Below, piece after piece: positions 22,820 through 35,567 of a stretch of DNA of 64,000 nucleotides. Below the pieces are notes generated by a model. The model saw nothing but the letters and a program-made list of their open reading frames with translations, had not been told where the DNA came from and made no database searches. The position numbers and the translations under genes are program-made. Source of the DNA: an uncultured Nitrososphaeraceae archaeon (GTDB taxonomy: Archaea > Thermoproteota > Nitrososphaeria > Nitrososphaerales > Nitrososphaeraceae). Numbering within the stretch: position 1 is the first letter of the stretch; each line of letters starts with the position of its first letter. The DNA lies in NCBI GenBank assembly GCA_963825865.1, contig CAWGVG010000026.1:128001-192000 (forward strand), read 5' to 3'.

Positions 22820-23866
22820 TTAAATATTATTAACTATTGACAAGAAAACTTCTTCTAGTGATGGTGGATTGATAACAATACTTTCTATTTGTAGGCCATT
22901 TTTGTAAACAAGCTGTAATATATCGGAGATGATTTGCTCTGTTTTATTAACTGTAATCGTAACTGTATGGGTTCCATTAACATCAATATACGACTTACTA
23001 TTATTTTTATTATCCTCGACATTACCATCTCTTTTGCTGATTGTACTATTAAGCAGATCAATAATGGATTTATTTAGCATATCTTTGAAGGTAAGTTCAA
23101 TAGTCTTAGCTCGTCTTCCAAATTTCTGCTTTAGCCCTGCTGGCGTATCGAAGGCTATTATTTTCCCTTTGTCTATAATAGCAATTTCGTCACATAGATA
23201 TTCTGCCTCTTCCATAATATGTGTAGTAAAGAAAACTGTTAAGCCGGATTTAACATGGACTTTGATATAATCTAAAAGCAGTCGTCTAGCCGAAGGATCT
23301 AATCCAACCGTTGGTTCGTCAAGAAATAGAAGATCCATATCATGCATGAACTCCCGTGCAACTTGAACTCTTCTTCTTTGACCTATAGAGAGTTCATCAT
23401 TTTTGGCGTTTCTGATAGATCCTATCTCGAAGGTATCTAGGATTTCATTTACTTTTTCTTTTCTAATTTTCCTATCACGTAGTCCCCATAACCTGCCGTA
23501 TAGATCAAGTGCTCTTTCTACTGTCAAATTTGCTTCAAAACTAGGATTCTGAGATACGACTCCTATTCTTTTTTTAATGTCTGATTGATTTTTGACAAGA
23601 TCTTTCCCGAATACGTGTACACTTCCAGATGACAGATTAAGAAGGGTTGTAAGAATTTTTAGTGTTGTAGTCTTTCCAGCACCATTTGGGCCAAGAAATC
23701 CAAGGACTGTTCCATACCTAACATTAAACGTGATACTATTCACAGCATAAGCATTATTCTTGCCATATTGTTTTTTAAGATTAGAAACTGAAATGCAATA
23801 TTCATTTTCGTGAATGGACACTATATTTGACTTCCACATTATTTGTTGTCTTAAATTTGTTTCCAA
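22820..23866 (-). CDS. ABC exporter ATP-binding protein (DrrA-like)
   Basis: GPNGAGKTT, LSIGQRRR and LDEPTVGLD. Confidence 0.92.
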   Translation of the reverse strand: METNLRQQIMWKSNIVSIHENEYCISVSNLKKQYGKNNAYAVNSITFNVRYGTVLGFLGPNGAGKTTTLKILTTLLNLSSGSVHVFGKDLVKNQSDIKKRIGVVSQNPSFEANLTVERALDLYGRLWGLRDRKIRKEKVNEILDTFEIGSIRNAKNDELSIGQRRRVQVAREFMHDMDLLFLDEPTVGLDPSARRLLLDYIKVHVKSGLTVFFTTHIMEEAEYLCDEIAIIDKGKIIAFDTPAGLKQKFGRRAKTIELTFKDMLNKSIIDLLNSTISKRDGNVEDNKNNSKSYIDVNGTHTVTITVNKTEQIISDILQLVYKNGLQIESIVINPPSLEEVFLSIVNNI

Positions 23867-24628
23867 TCATGTAGCCTTCGCTAGGATTATAGTCCGACAC
23901 TGTTCATGCCATCTGCTCTACTTAATTCGTCTATACTATGGCTACTGTAGCTCCCTATTTAATATACTATTCGTAGTAAGGGTCAGGAGCGAGAGAAACT
24001 GTATTATTTTTAGTTGAATTAGTCATGGCTGGATATTTTCTATTTAGTTATAAGTGTGTAATACTATGATGCTTTTTTGTTTGAATCCCATTGTTATAGT
24101 GGTGGTCTTCTTTTGCTGCCAGCTTTTGAAAAGCTCTCCAGTTTTTGTATATCACATATTCTTTGTTGTCCAGAATATAATTTTCTGTATACTCTCCTAG
24201 TATAGCGAGTCTCTCTGGATTGTCATTAAGGAAAGAATTGAATCCTTTTATTTTTGTTCAGTTGGCTCATCATCTTTTGAAAGATATATTGGTATAATTC
24301 TTCTTTTTAAAAGCTGGATAATCTAGGTGACTTACTTAAAAGAGTAGCATTTCCTGAACTGAGAACTTTGGAAATGTGCCTGTAACATTAAAACATCAAT
24401 TACTATTTTGGTTAATTGTTGAATTGACGCATTTTGGGCGATGAAGGGAGAATCCCTAACTGATATTGTAAGCTTTGTTTTTTTCTATAATTATAATAAA
24501 AAATTGCATAAGCTAAAAAATATTGTCTTATTAGTTGTCAATAGTATTCGTTCTGAGTTGATGAGTTACATCCAGTGGTAATTATCATTTTTTATTAGCC
24601 ATAATTAGTATTTGCTATTAGTGCAATT

Positions 24629-26473
24629 ATGAAAAAGAACTCTGATATCTCAAAGACTCTAGGGCAAATCGCATTTCTATTGGAAATGGATTATGATAAT
24701 GATGCTGCTAACAGCAGACGGTCCTAGTAATAATAAAATCAAAAAACCTCAGCCCAGCCGTAGTGGCACGACTATTAATTTTAAGGCAAGATCATATAGA
24801 AAAGCATCCGATATCATAGCAAATTTATCTTCAAACATTGAAGAACTATACAGAAAAGAAGGTTTAGATGGATTATTACAGATACCAGCTGTTGGAAAGG
24901 CTATTGCGAGAAAAAATTGAGGAATATCTCAGGTACAGGAAAGATACAGTATTTTGAGGAATTAAAGTCTAAAACACCCATAAATTTAGATGAATTTTAC
25001 ACTTTGGAAGGAGTAGGTATAGGGGCCAAAACCGTTAAAGCTCTCTATGATAATCTGCGGATACACAATTTATCTGAGCTAGTAAGTGGCAGCGACAGAG
25101 GGAAGAATTCGAAAAGTTCCAGGTTTTTCACAAAAGAAAGAAGAAGTCATTTTGAGAAAAATTCAGTTCTTCAAAAAAGGGACAACTAGATTTCTTTTGG
25201 GTGAAATCTATCCTCTTGTAAAGCAAATAGAAGCTAATCTATCGAATTTCAAAGGAACAAAAAAAAGCTATAGTGCAGGCTCTTTTAGAAGAATGAAGGA
25301 AACTATAGGCGATATTGACTATTTGGTAATATCTGAAGCTCCTAGGAAGGTAATGGATTACTTTGTATCTATGCCAGAGGTAGCTGAGGTTATTGGCAAA
25401 GGACAAAGTAAAACGTTTGTAAGGCTAAACAATGGGATGGATGCAGATCTCTTGGTTGTACCCGAAGAGAGTTTTGGTTCGGCATTACAATATTTTACCG
25501 GTAGCAAAGAGCACGGAATCGCTATAAGAAAAGTAGCGCTCTCAAAAGATCTTCATCTTAGTGAGTGGGGTGTTTTTGATAAGAATCATAATAGAGTTGC
25601 AGGTTCGACAGAGGAAGAGATTTACAAAGTATTGGGTTTAGCTTGGATTCCCAGAAATGCGTGAAAATACAGGAGAAGTTGAACTAGCAAAAAAAGGAAG
25701 AAAAAAGCTCCCTGAACTCATAGGATACGACGATCTGAAAGGAGATTTGCAGGTTCATAGCAACAGCACAGATGGGACAATGTCAATAGAAGATATGGCT
25801 TTTGCAGCAAAAGAAAAGTTTGGATTAGAATACATTGCAATAACGGATCACACAAAAAGCTTGAAATTAACAAATGGGCTTGATGAAAAACAGCTGCCTA
25901 GACCAAGCACAAAGAATTGCAGAGATAAACGATAAAATGAAAAGACAACAACAAGAACGAGAACAATCTAATAACTTCCGGATTTTATCCGCTCCTGAAG
26001 TAAACATAATGAAGGATGGGTCACTTGACATACCAAATAATGTGCTAGATAAGCTCGATATAATAGGTGCAGCGATTCATTCAAATTTTGCACAACCAAT
26101 AGAACTGCAGACAGACAGATTGATAAAAGCAGCACAAAATCCTAGTGTTGATGTTATATTCCATCCTACAGGCAGACTAATAAATAAAAGAGAAGGATAT
26201 CAGGTTAACATGGAAAAATTAATCAATGCAGCAATGGATACAGGTACCATTCTAGAAATTGATGCACATTATAATCGACTCGATTTAAAAGATGATTATG
26301 CAAGAATGGCAGTACAAAAGGACGTCAAACTTGTAATTGATTCAGATGCTCATCATCCAATTCATTTCGAATTTTTAAGATTTGGTATAGCACAAGCCAG
26401 GCGTGGTTGGGCAACGCAATCAAATGTCCTCAATACGCTGCCGGTTTATGAGTTGCTAAGGAACCTCAAATAG
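24629..26473 (+). CDS. polX: DNA polymerase X / PHP exonuclease (several frameshifts)
   Basis: HhH GVGIG, AGSFRRMKETIGDID, YFTGSKEH; PHP motifs DLQVHS, TDHT, HPTGR, DSDAH and AQARRG. Confidence 0.9.
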
Positions 26474-27232
26474 CATAGCACTCAGCCTTACTTTATTTTA
26501 TAAATATAAAATAAGGTAAAACGAAGAGCTAATACCACCTGATACCAATATTATTATCCCTACTGTTACCAATGTATTTTTATTGACCTCCAAATAGAGG
26601 GTATTGCAACTTGATTTCAGACACGATATTTTTATTATACTTTTGTAGGTTCCGTTGTTGTTGTTGAAAAGTGATATTAATGATAATAATGCTGTATCCA
26701 CTTAGTTCTTTAACAAAGATTATTATCATACAAAAACAAATGAATTAAATAATAATTTAGTGTCTAATTGTAATCTGTCACAATAAAATAAATTACTACC
26801 TAATAAAATGTCAAATCATTAATCTCATTATATATTGAGTTTTTAAAAACCATGCGTGAAACAGCTTTTGCCATATAGTCAAACAATAGGTGTGTTTAGT
26901 ATATCTCCTTTCAAAGCAAGCAACCAAGATTGTCTAAGTTTAGAGTCTCCGGTTTAATGGAATATCTTGTATAGGCTTCATAGCTAAGCATCATTATCCA
27001 ATCCCAACAGACCATTATTATATTTTTTATCATCAAATATCATTTCAACAACATGAGAATCTGCAGCTCATAACACGCTCCAAAATCATTCGTATCGCAT
27101 AGTACTGCAGTAACAAGGGAAGAATTAGTTGAAATTGATATCTATCGTTTTTTAATTATTCTTTATATAACTGATTTCGATTGTTGTACCAATTCATTTA
27201 AATCGGTACATATCCAATGATTTTTAGTAGAT

Positions 27233-27640
27233 ATGCAATCAAGTAGGGCTTCACTAAAAGATGTACTAGTCAGTAAGCCCAAATTGTTTGCTGTTGTATC
27301 ATTAATAGTAATATCTGTGTTGGCAGTCCCAGTTATTTTACCACACATTAAACATCCATCTATGATCTATCATATTCTGATGCATATTGTAAGTGTCATA
27401 ATAGCCGTTTTTCTTGGTGTAATATCATTTCTTGCATATAATAGAAATGGTGGCACAAGACTGATATTAATGACTGGCGGTTTCTCTTTGTTAGCCATTA
27501 TTGAGTTTCTATATCTTTTTCACGCAACTGCAAATATTCAAGATGTAATAATTCCAATAGTTGATGTAGAATTATCTCATATTATACTTTTAGTAATGTT
27601 AACCTTGTTTGGCATAGGAGTATTAAAAGTGAATAAATAA
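27233..27640 (+). CDS. Four-TM membrane protein
   Basis: Hydrophobic 135-aa ORF, 2 nt upstream of the HTH gene. Confidence 0.75.
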   Translation: MQSSRASLKDVLVSKPKLFAVVSLIVISVLAVPVILPHIKHPSMIYHILMHIVSVIIAVFLGVISFLAYNRNGGTRLILMTGGFSLLAIIEFLYLFHATANIQDVIIPIVDVELSHIILLVMLTLFGIGVLKVNK

Positions 27641-27642
27641 AG

Positions 27643-28195
27643 ATGAAAATAGCAGCAACTGTAGCCTCAAATTATGAAGAATTGAATGATAACCAAAGCA
27701 AATTGGTGCAATATATAAATGAGAATCCTGGCATAAGATACAGAGAGTTATTAAGATTAACGTGCCTTGCTAACGGTGTTCTAACATATCATTTATCCGT
27801 ACTTGAGAAATCACATCAAATAAAAGTTGACAGAAGTAAGAACAGCAAAATTACGCGATATTATCCTATCAATGTTCCATCAGAAGAGTCAGAAATTTTG
27901 GGATATATTAGGGAAAATGTCGTAAGACAAATAATATTATTTATGCTTGAACATGATTTATGCACCTTTGGTGAAATTGTAGAACATACAAAGAAAGCAC
28001 CTTCCACTACATCTTGGTATCTCAAAAGACTTAAAGCTGGCAGCAATAATATCAGTTCATTATGGTCACGGTAAATATCAACAACTCTATAAATTGACAA
28101 ACAGAGATATAGTTGCAGAGATTCTATACAAATATAAGGAGAGCTTTGTAGATAAAGTGGTAAACAACTATACTGAAATGGTAGAAGAGCTTTAA
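27643..28195 (+). CDS. Double winged-helix transcriptional regulator (ArsR/HVO_0163-like), frameshift near 28040
   Basis: ENPGIRYRELLR...GVLTYHL and APSTTSWYLKRL. Confidence 0.8.
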
Positions 28196-28309
28196 TCAAT
28201 CAATCAATAATTTGATGTAATTATGAATATTTTCTGGGTCTGATAATCTATAAATTTTGTATCTTTATTAGCAAGGGACACGAAATTCTTAGTCTCATTG
28301 AATTCCTTT

Positions 28310-28600
28310 AGCACTTACTCTGGATATTTTGGCTGTTCTTTAGTATTTGGATAACCTATTGGGGCCGACCTTTAGGATTAATAACTGAAATAATATAACT
28401 TGCTTCCTTTGCGATACCTAGTTCCTTTTGGGCTTCCCCAGATTCTTTTGGCATTTCCAAAATATATGCTAATTCTGCATGATTTTGGTGTTTTACTATG
28501 GCATACTTGCCTTCACCGACTGGTCTAGCTGCTTCTGTGGGATTCTGTCCCCGCATGTATGGGGGTTCGGTTACTTCACATTCATTCCAGGACAAATAAT
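28310..28600 (-). pseudogene. Fragment of conserved hypothetical protein
   Basis: ARPVGEGKYAIVKHQNHAELAYILEMP...SYIISVINPK; lacks a plausible N-terminus. Confidence 0.5.
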
Positions 28601-28669
28601 ATTCAAATTCTCAAGTCATCTTCTTCTCATCATCTGGTCAGAATAGCGATAAAAATAGCCTTAGCGATC

Positions 28670-29673
28670 CTATTTATTTGTGCGCTGGCAAGTAGGACCC
28701 CAGAAAGTAACTCTTGCACTGGATTTATAATCTGTAGTTTCACATATCCCGCACGGCTGTACACCTCTTCTAAATACCCAATACCTATATTTCCATTTAA
28801 TATCTGTCTCGCATATGTCCTTATTCAATGGTCTTGTCCTTCCTGCATTCATATATCCAGTCTTTAGTACGGTTGGAATTTGTTGTAAGAGCGTCTTCTT
28901 TTCTTTTGGTATAAGATCTTTGGAAGTATCAAATGGATATAATTTAGGCAATATTTCTGATTTGTACTTATTACCAATTCCTGCCACAAAAGTTTGATCC
29001 AATAGTAAATCTGCCATCAATGGATCATTGCTTGCAAGCTTATGAGACTTGCTTGTAATTTGATTTAAACGTATGTGAACATTATTAATATCAAAATCAG
29101 ATCTTAGGATCTGGACCTAATCTTACAATAGGTTTAATGTATGCAGGGTTTCCAAAAGAAAATGTAATGATTGGACCATTAAATTGTACTGCTACTTTAT
29201 CTTTTGTAAAGAGGATGAGTCGTACTCTCGAATCATTATGTACGTCAGTAACATTATTATTATTATTATGACTATTATTTTTGTAGTGAATTTTTGTTAT
29301 ATTGATACTCTTACCCTTATTGTTAATAGTACGATTATGATTTAGATCAATACCATTTGCGCTACTACTACTGCTACTTCTTACTATCAATCTCTGTTTA
29401 CGTCGTGGAGGGGGTCTTGCCTTCCCTTCATCAAATTGTTGTCTACTATAGATTCCACATTAGCATAGCCAATATTCCGAAGATATATTCCATTTGAAAA
29501 TACAATAACGATATTTTTACCAAATGTTTCGATCTGTTTTACCTCAGATCCTATGACCTTTTTCCAAAATTCATTATTAATACTACTTATACAATAAACG
29601 TTATCAATTGTCTTTCTAAGAATAGCCTCAGAAATTTATCGGCAGTACGCTTTACTTCTGGGCCTTCAGACAT
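28670..29673 (-). CDS. Fpg/Nei family DNA glycosylase (frameshifted, possibly decayed)
   Basis: Start MSEGPEVKRTAD at 29673; FGKNIV, RLGPD, H2TH LLLDQTFVAGIGNKYKSEIL; C-terminal CxxC finger remnant. Confidence 0.75.
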
Positions 29674-29679
29674 TAGCAG

Positions 29680-30619
29680 TCATATTCGCCTTGTTTTCCT
29701 CAGAAGTTCTAATGCTATTAATGCACTCTTCTCTTTATCTTTTATTTCCAGCATTAAATCAAAATCCAGGCCTGCTGTTTCATTCAGGAACCTATTAAAG
29801 AGAATTTGATCAATTGTTGTTGTATGTTTTCCTTTCTTTGTTTTCCTTTTCATACTATAGTAATCAATATCCATAACATTCTGGCTCGCTATAATCGACC
29901 ATAGGTATTCCATCTTTATCTTTTTTCCACGTTGACGTAGCCTTCTTAAGTGCAGAAAACAATGATTTTTCTCTCGGTTTGAGACATTCATGGTGAAAGC
30001 TATCAAAAAGAATTGGAATATCTGTTTTTTGATTAATATAAATGCAATCTGATAGATTATAAAGACGATCATCATTTTCTATGACAAGCCTTCTTTTTAT
30101 ATTATCGTCAAGCAACTCATTATTGTCATTATTATATATTTTTACAAATCTATCTACTGCATCAACTTTATTTCCATATACACCTCCTACATGAATCTGG
30201 ATTTTTGCTGTTTCAGCAAGATTCATGCAATCCAAAACTCTACAATTGTATTTCAATTCATTAATACTACTATGTACTATTTTTTCACTTGGAGAGTTGA
30301 TTACTACAAACTGATCTGGATGCATAGATATTCGTATGCTATGCTTTTTGATATAATCTCCTATTTCTTCAAATTCTGATTGAAAATGCCAGTGCCAGTT
30401 GAATTTACATATTGGATGAGATGCAAAAGGCACAAGGTCAGAGCTAATTCTAAAGAATAAAAGATCGTGATCTACATTATATTTTAAAACTTTAGCAAGA
30501 TGCTTTAGGTTATCCTCAACAGTTTGAATTAGTCTATTTTCTGAATAAAAGGCTAATCTAAATGTTGAAGGAGTATCACGTTCAATACTGGTATTAATGC
30601 AAGGGTATCCTATTTTCAT
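29680..30619 (-). CDS. uvsE: UV DNA damage endonuclease (frameshift near 29870)
   Basis: GYPCIN, FRISSDLVPFASHP, HPDQF, HVGGVYG, IENDD, FDSFHH and MLEIKDKE. Confidence 0.92.
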
Positions 30620-30676
30620 TGTAATGGGATTACTATCCTAACTCAGAGCTATGTGACATCTCTACACTACTTCCAT

Positions 30677-31357
30677 TTACCAAATCTCTTTTTTGAACCT
30701 TATTGTCCTTGTAGTTGCATACGACATAAAGTTGAGTGGTGTTAAAATTTCAGATACTATATTGTTATCATATACAAGGGCCGGCAAGCCATGTCCTCTG
30801 TTCTTTAGAGCAGCAATGTAATAGTCGATTATGAAATCCTCTGCATAGTCGCAGAGAAGTCCTGTTACTGGTATTCCACCAAGCAATCCAATACTTGTCC
30901 TGCCTAGTGAAAGTATCTGACCCAAACTAGAATAGTTTAGATCTTTCATTTGCTCTCCTTTAACTTTACGGATAATATTTTTTGCCACTAAACGCGCCTG
31001 TCTTACCGCAAATTGAGCAAGTTGGGGTGCTAGCAGTCCATGTGAAAGAGTAAAGGCAGAGATGTACCCTATTGCAAAAATATTTTCAAATCCTTTTATC
31101 CTACTATGATTATCTACAAAAATTCTTCCTGATTTAGTCTTTTCAATTTGCTGGGTGATTTTGATTTCAAGTCCTTTGATACCTGCAGTCCAGTTTATTG
31201 AAAAGATAATTTCCTCCGGCCTTTTTGTACCTGATGCCACAAAATGGATTTGTTGTAATAACTGATGATAAGGATTTTTATCTATGAGTAAAATTTCCAT
31301 ACCTACATGCTTGCATAGGTTGGCTGCTGCCGAATACTCCTGCATAGCCAGCGCCAA
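30677..31357 (-). pseudogene. Type II NADH dehydrogenase-like flavoprotein with large internal deletion
   Basis: LIDKNPYH joined almost directly to WTAGIK; FAIG.I and PQLAQFA.RQA present; both GxGxxG regions missing. Confidence 0.65.
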
Positions 31358-31566
31358 GAATTACTATTTTCATACCGAGTAAATAAATGTCGATTAGTAT
31401 TTAACAATAATGCCAACATTTAAAGATAGTGCCTAACCAATTTATACAATAGTTTGCTATCGTCATATATCATTACATTTATCACATTTTGGTTCTTCGA
31501 TGTTCTTGACATCATTGTATGAGAGTTAGCACTAAGTATATCAATTGTCACTAGTTTATATATTAA

Positions 31567-31785
31567 ATGAGCCTTTCTAATTCTATGAGTATAAAAAACA
31601 AAATAATCTGGTCATTGGTATTGGCAGCAGAAAGTGTGACTGCAACAGGTGCCATTAGTGGTTGGCCAATAATGGGAGTTGCCAGCGTTATACTTGGAGG
31701 AACAGCTATGACAATGGCGTTGCTAGTCAAACAAAAAGTGGAAAAAATGAAGTTAAGTCCAAAATTAGCCATGGAATTACGGTAG
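31567..31785 (+). CDS. Small two-TM membrane protein
   Basis: 72-aa hydrophobic ORF followed by a T-rich tract. Confidence 0.55.
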   Translation: MSLSNSMSIKNKIIWSLVLAAESVTATGAISGWPIMGVASVILGGTAMTMALLVKQKVEKMKLSPKLAMELR

Positions 31786-31968
31786 CTTGACCTGATACCA
31801 AATATTTTATTTTTATTTTATTTGAGACAATAAGCGCACTTTTCTTATGATAGTAGCTTTCACGTATATGTATGATGTTTCCGCAAATGAAATATTAAGA
31901 GTTATAGTGCCTAATTAATATTACATAATGCTAACTCTTATAAACAATAATAGTCAAAATTTATTGAA

Positions 31969-32428
31969 ATGTCACAAATCAAATATGATGTAGAAATCAA
32001 TGCACCGGTGGAAAGAGTGTATGAGTATTATACAAACCCAGACAATATTAAAGAAGCTTGGCCTCAAGATATAGTAAAGGAATCAGAGAGCCTTTCTTCT
32101 TCTACAAAGAATGAAGAAGGATTTGAGATGAAGGTAAAAGGTAAATACATGGGAAAAGAAGAGGAAATGCGGCTGCAGGTAGTAGACAAAGAGCAAAATA
32201 GAAGACTAGTTACGCATCAGGTACAAGGACCATTTAAAAAGTGGGAGAGTATACAGGAATTTCAAGATAACGATAGTAGAACAACTCATATCCGACACAC
32301 AATTGACTATGAACTTCAAACTACAGGAAAGATTGCAAATATGCTTTCAGGAGCCAAGCAGATAACAAGATGCGAGAAGGATTACAGCAAGCAGCTCAAA
32401 CAGTAAAGCAAAAGTTGGAATCACATAA
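31969..32428 (+). CDS. SRPBCC/polyketide cyclase family protein (terminal frameshift)
   Basis: EINAPVERVYEY...GPFKKW. Confidence 0.85.
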
Positions 32429-32493
32429 GGCAGGCTTAGAATAAGCCACTCGCACAAGAAGAAGAATAAAAGAGGTAGGAGGATAATAACAAT

Positions 32494-32844
32494 ATGTCAA
32501 GAATAAATGGACAAAAAGTAGGGCATCTTGAGATACCAGCTGATAATGTAGAAAGTCTAAATGACTTTTACTCTTCATTGTTTGGCTGGCAGTTTGAAAA
32601 AGGCCAAACACAAGGATATTGGATGATAAAAAATGCTGGTATTAGTGGTGGTTTGATGCAAAAAGAAAATCCTAAACAGCTTTCAACGATGTTCATTGAA
32701 GTAGAATCTATAGAAGACTACACAGATAAGGTAAATGATTTAGGAGCTAAAGTAGTAAAGGATAAGCAAGAGATATCAGAGGGTTATTATGTAGTTTTAG
32801 AAGATCCTCAAGGAAATACGTTTGGTGTTTGGCAGAATAAATAG
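32494..32844 (+). CDS. VOC/glyoxalase family protein
   Basis: HLEIPA, FYSSLFGW and DPQGNTFG. Confidence 0.88.
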   Translation: MSRINGQKVGHLEIPADNVESLNDFYSSLFGWQFEKGQTQGYWMIKNAGISGGLMQKENPKQLSTMFIEVESIEDYTDKVNDLGAKVVKDKQEISEGYYVVLEDPQGNTFGVWQNK

Positions 32845-32905
32845 CTGCGTTCAAATTCTTTGTTATATTGTATTGACATACAGATAATGAAGTGACTAAA
32901 AAAAG

Positions 32906-34329
32906 ATGCAACAACAAGAACAAGAACAACCAAACACATTAAATCACTTAATCACTAACAGCTCCAGAGGACATAGCTTGAAAATTCTGATAACAGGTGC
33001 CAGTGGTTTTATTGGAAGTCGCCTGGTTTCTAGACTGTGTTCTTCTCCTTCATTTCACTCAAAGAAACACGAGATCATATGCATAACAAGAAATGTAGAC
33101 TCACTTGCTGGACGCTTCAATGAACAAGTAAAAATCATCAAAGCAGATGCTAGCAATTATCTCGAATTACTAAAAGCCATGACTGGGATTGATGTAGCAT
33201 TTTATTTAATACATTCGATGGAAGGATCTTCAAAAGATTGGAAGAAATTTGCAGAACGCGATAGAGTTGCTGCCGAAAATTTTGCCAAAGCTGCTACTGA
33301 ATGTCGAGTTAAGAGAATTATTTATCTTGGCGGTTTGAATAATGAAAAAGATATTGATAGCATATCTGGTCATATGCGAAGTAGAGCTCAGGTTGGAGAT
33401 ATATTAAAAACGTCATCCGCAAAGGTCACAATATTTCAGGCTGCCGTCATTTTAGGCCAAGGAGGAGGCTCGTTTCAGATGCTACAGTATCTTGTTGAAA
33501 GACTTCCAGTTATGATCTGTCCCAAATGGGTTTTGACTAAATCACAGCCCATATCAGTAGATGACGTCGTTACCTATCTAGTTCAAACTATTGATATACC
33601 AGATACAGAGAGTAGATCCTTTGATATTGGTGGACCTGATGTGCTAAGTTATCTGGACATGATGCAAAGATATGGAAAGATGATAAATAAATCAATCAAA
33701 ATAATAATAATTCCATTTCTAACTCCAAGACTTTCTTCTTATTGGGTTGACCTAATTACTCCTCTAAAAGCCTCCCTTGCTAGGCCATTAATTGATAGCC
33801 TCAAACATGAAGCAACTGTAAAAGATGATTCAATCAAAGACATCCTTCCTCTTAAATTAAAAAGCTTTGAAGAGTCAATCAAAGCAGCAAAAGAAGAGCA
33901 AATACGAAAAGCCAAGTATACTAAAAAAGAACATGTACTTCCCATTCTCTAAATAACAAAATCCTTCTGGTATCATTATTTACTATGGCTGCCATAGGAT
34001 CGGCTTACTATATGTTAGATTCTAGACCAGAGATATTTCATGCTAACTGGCTTGTTCTAAGCGCCTTATGGTATTTTGGTATTGCATTTTCTATATACTT
34101 TGTTTCAAAGAGTGCAAGACTTGGGGCTATGACGGCAGGTATAATCGGCTGGATAACACTAGTTTTCTGGTTAACTGACAATATCTATACTATATCAAGC
34201 CACTCGTTAATTGCTAGTTCTCCAAATATGATGATGACTATAAGGAATTTCATTGGTGTGGTTATTGCAACATTTGTTGTGGCAGCATCACATAACATCT
34301 TCCATAAAATAAGGATTCATGATTTATAA
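32906..34329 (+). CDS. Atypical SDR NAD(P)-binding protein with C-terminal membrane domain (probably one gene, frameshift near 33940)
   Basis: ILITGASGFIG, YLIHSM and SQPISVDDV; hydrophobic 33985..34329 continues directly. Confidence 0.8.
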
Positions 34330-34393
34330 AGTTAGGCACTATATTCATGTTTAGACACTTGTTTTTATACTATATTTGTATTATTAACAGAAT

Positions 34394-34972
34394 ATGGAAT
34401 GGCAGATGACGACGACACCTAAAATATTCATAGTGTATTGTACTATCGCTGGTTTTATATCAGCATGGGCAATTTCTGGACTTCTTGTAGTAATAGACCT
34501 GATATCAGGGATGCCAGCAGGTACATTCTTTGGTGTAATTGGTACTTCCTTAGGATTTACAGATCCAACCAATGCTGAATACGTAGGATTTGCTCTGCAT
34601 GTATTAACTGGAATGGCTGCTGGAAATATCTTTGGACAGATTGCATTGTTTTGGCATAAAGTTATACCATATAATTCAAGACATGGAATAACAAGCGGGA
34701 TGATAGTTGGTATGGCATTATGGATTATTCTATTTGTACCCCTTGCAACATTTGGTATACAGCCCAGATTAGACTCATATTCAAAATCAGCACCAAATCA
34801 ATATATCTATAATATAGCAAATCATTTCCAGGGCCTGTATCCTGTCATTATTGCAGGTTCATTTGTATTTCATATCATATATGGTGTATTGATGGGATTT
34901 ATCTCAGGAAGGATGGCAGAACTAAGGACATTTGCAAAGTTAAAATCTACTGCTGCAAATAGTTTACCATAA
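34394..34972 (+). CDS. Four-TM membrane protein with intramembrane His residues
   Basis: GFALHVLTG and FHIIYGVLMG. Confidence 0.75.
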   Translation: MEWQMTTTPKIFIVYCTIAGFISAWAISGLLVVIDLISGMPAGTFFGVIGTSLGFTDPTNAEYVGFALHVLTGMAAGNIFGQIALFWHKVIPYNSRHGITSGMIVGMALWIILFVPLATFGIQPRLDSYSKSAPNQYIYNIANHFQGLYPVIIAGSFVFHIIYGVLMGFISGRMAELRTFAKLKSTAANSLP

Positions 34973-35512
34973 CTTTTTTTGATAGCATCATGATCACACG
35001 TTACTGCAACAAGCGTCACCACATGTCGTTGCCATCAATTTTACAGCATAATTCAAAGTAGGTTATTTTCAAAAGATGGTATATATAAGAAATAAGAACG
35101 TAAAGGTGGACCAGCAGTAAATGGAGTTAACAGTTATGACACAATAAATGTTAGAGTAATGCAAAATGCATCAGCTAAAGAGCTAGTGACGTTAATAAAC
35201 AATATGTATTAAAATAGATTTAATGAATAGCACAGCACTTTGTAGTTGCTAATTCTGTAGCCATATGTGCTGGATCTTTATTTCCTGTCTCTTCAAATAT
35301 TAAATCACCTTGTTTTCACTCTCCTCTAATGACATGCTATGATCAAACCATTTATGAAAAAGATGCACAATTTTTATAATTATCTGAAAACATTTAATTT
35401 TTCTGTCAAGTAACGGATCATGGATAATAGCCGGTGAAGTTGTCTTCAATGATTTTTAATTACAAAAGGTAGTAGAGAGTAAAAAATGTTTATATTGCTA
35501 TGCTGTCAATAT

Positions 35513-35526
35513 ACTGACTGGTCAGT
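35513..35526. promoter_or_regulatory. Probable TetR operator
   Basis: ACTGACTGGTCAGT (12/14 palindromic) about 20-25 nt downstream of TTTATA (35489), ahead of an operon containing tetR. Confidence 0.55.
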
Positions 35527-35567
35527 TATGTTTATTAATAGCCTTTACTAATATTACTTAATCAAAA

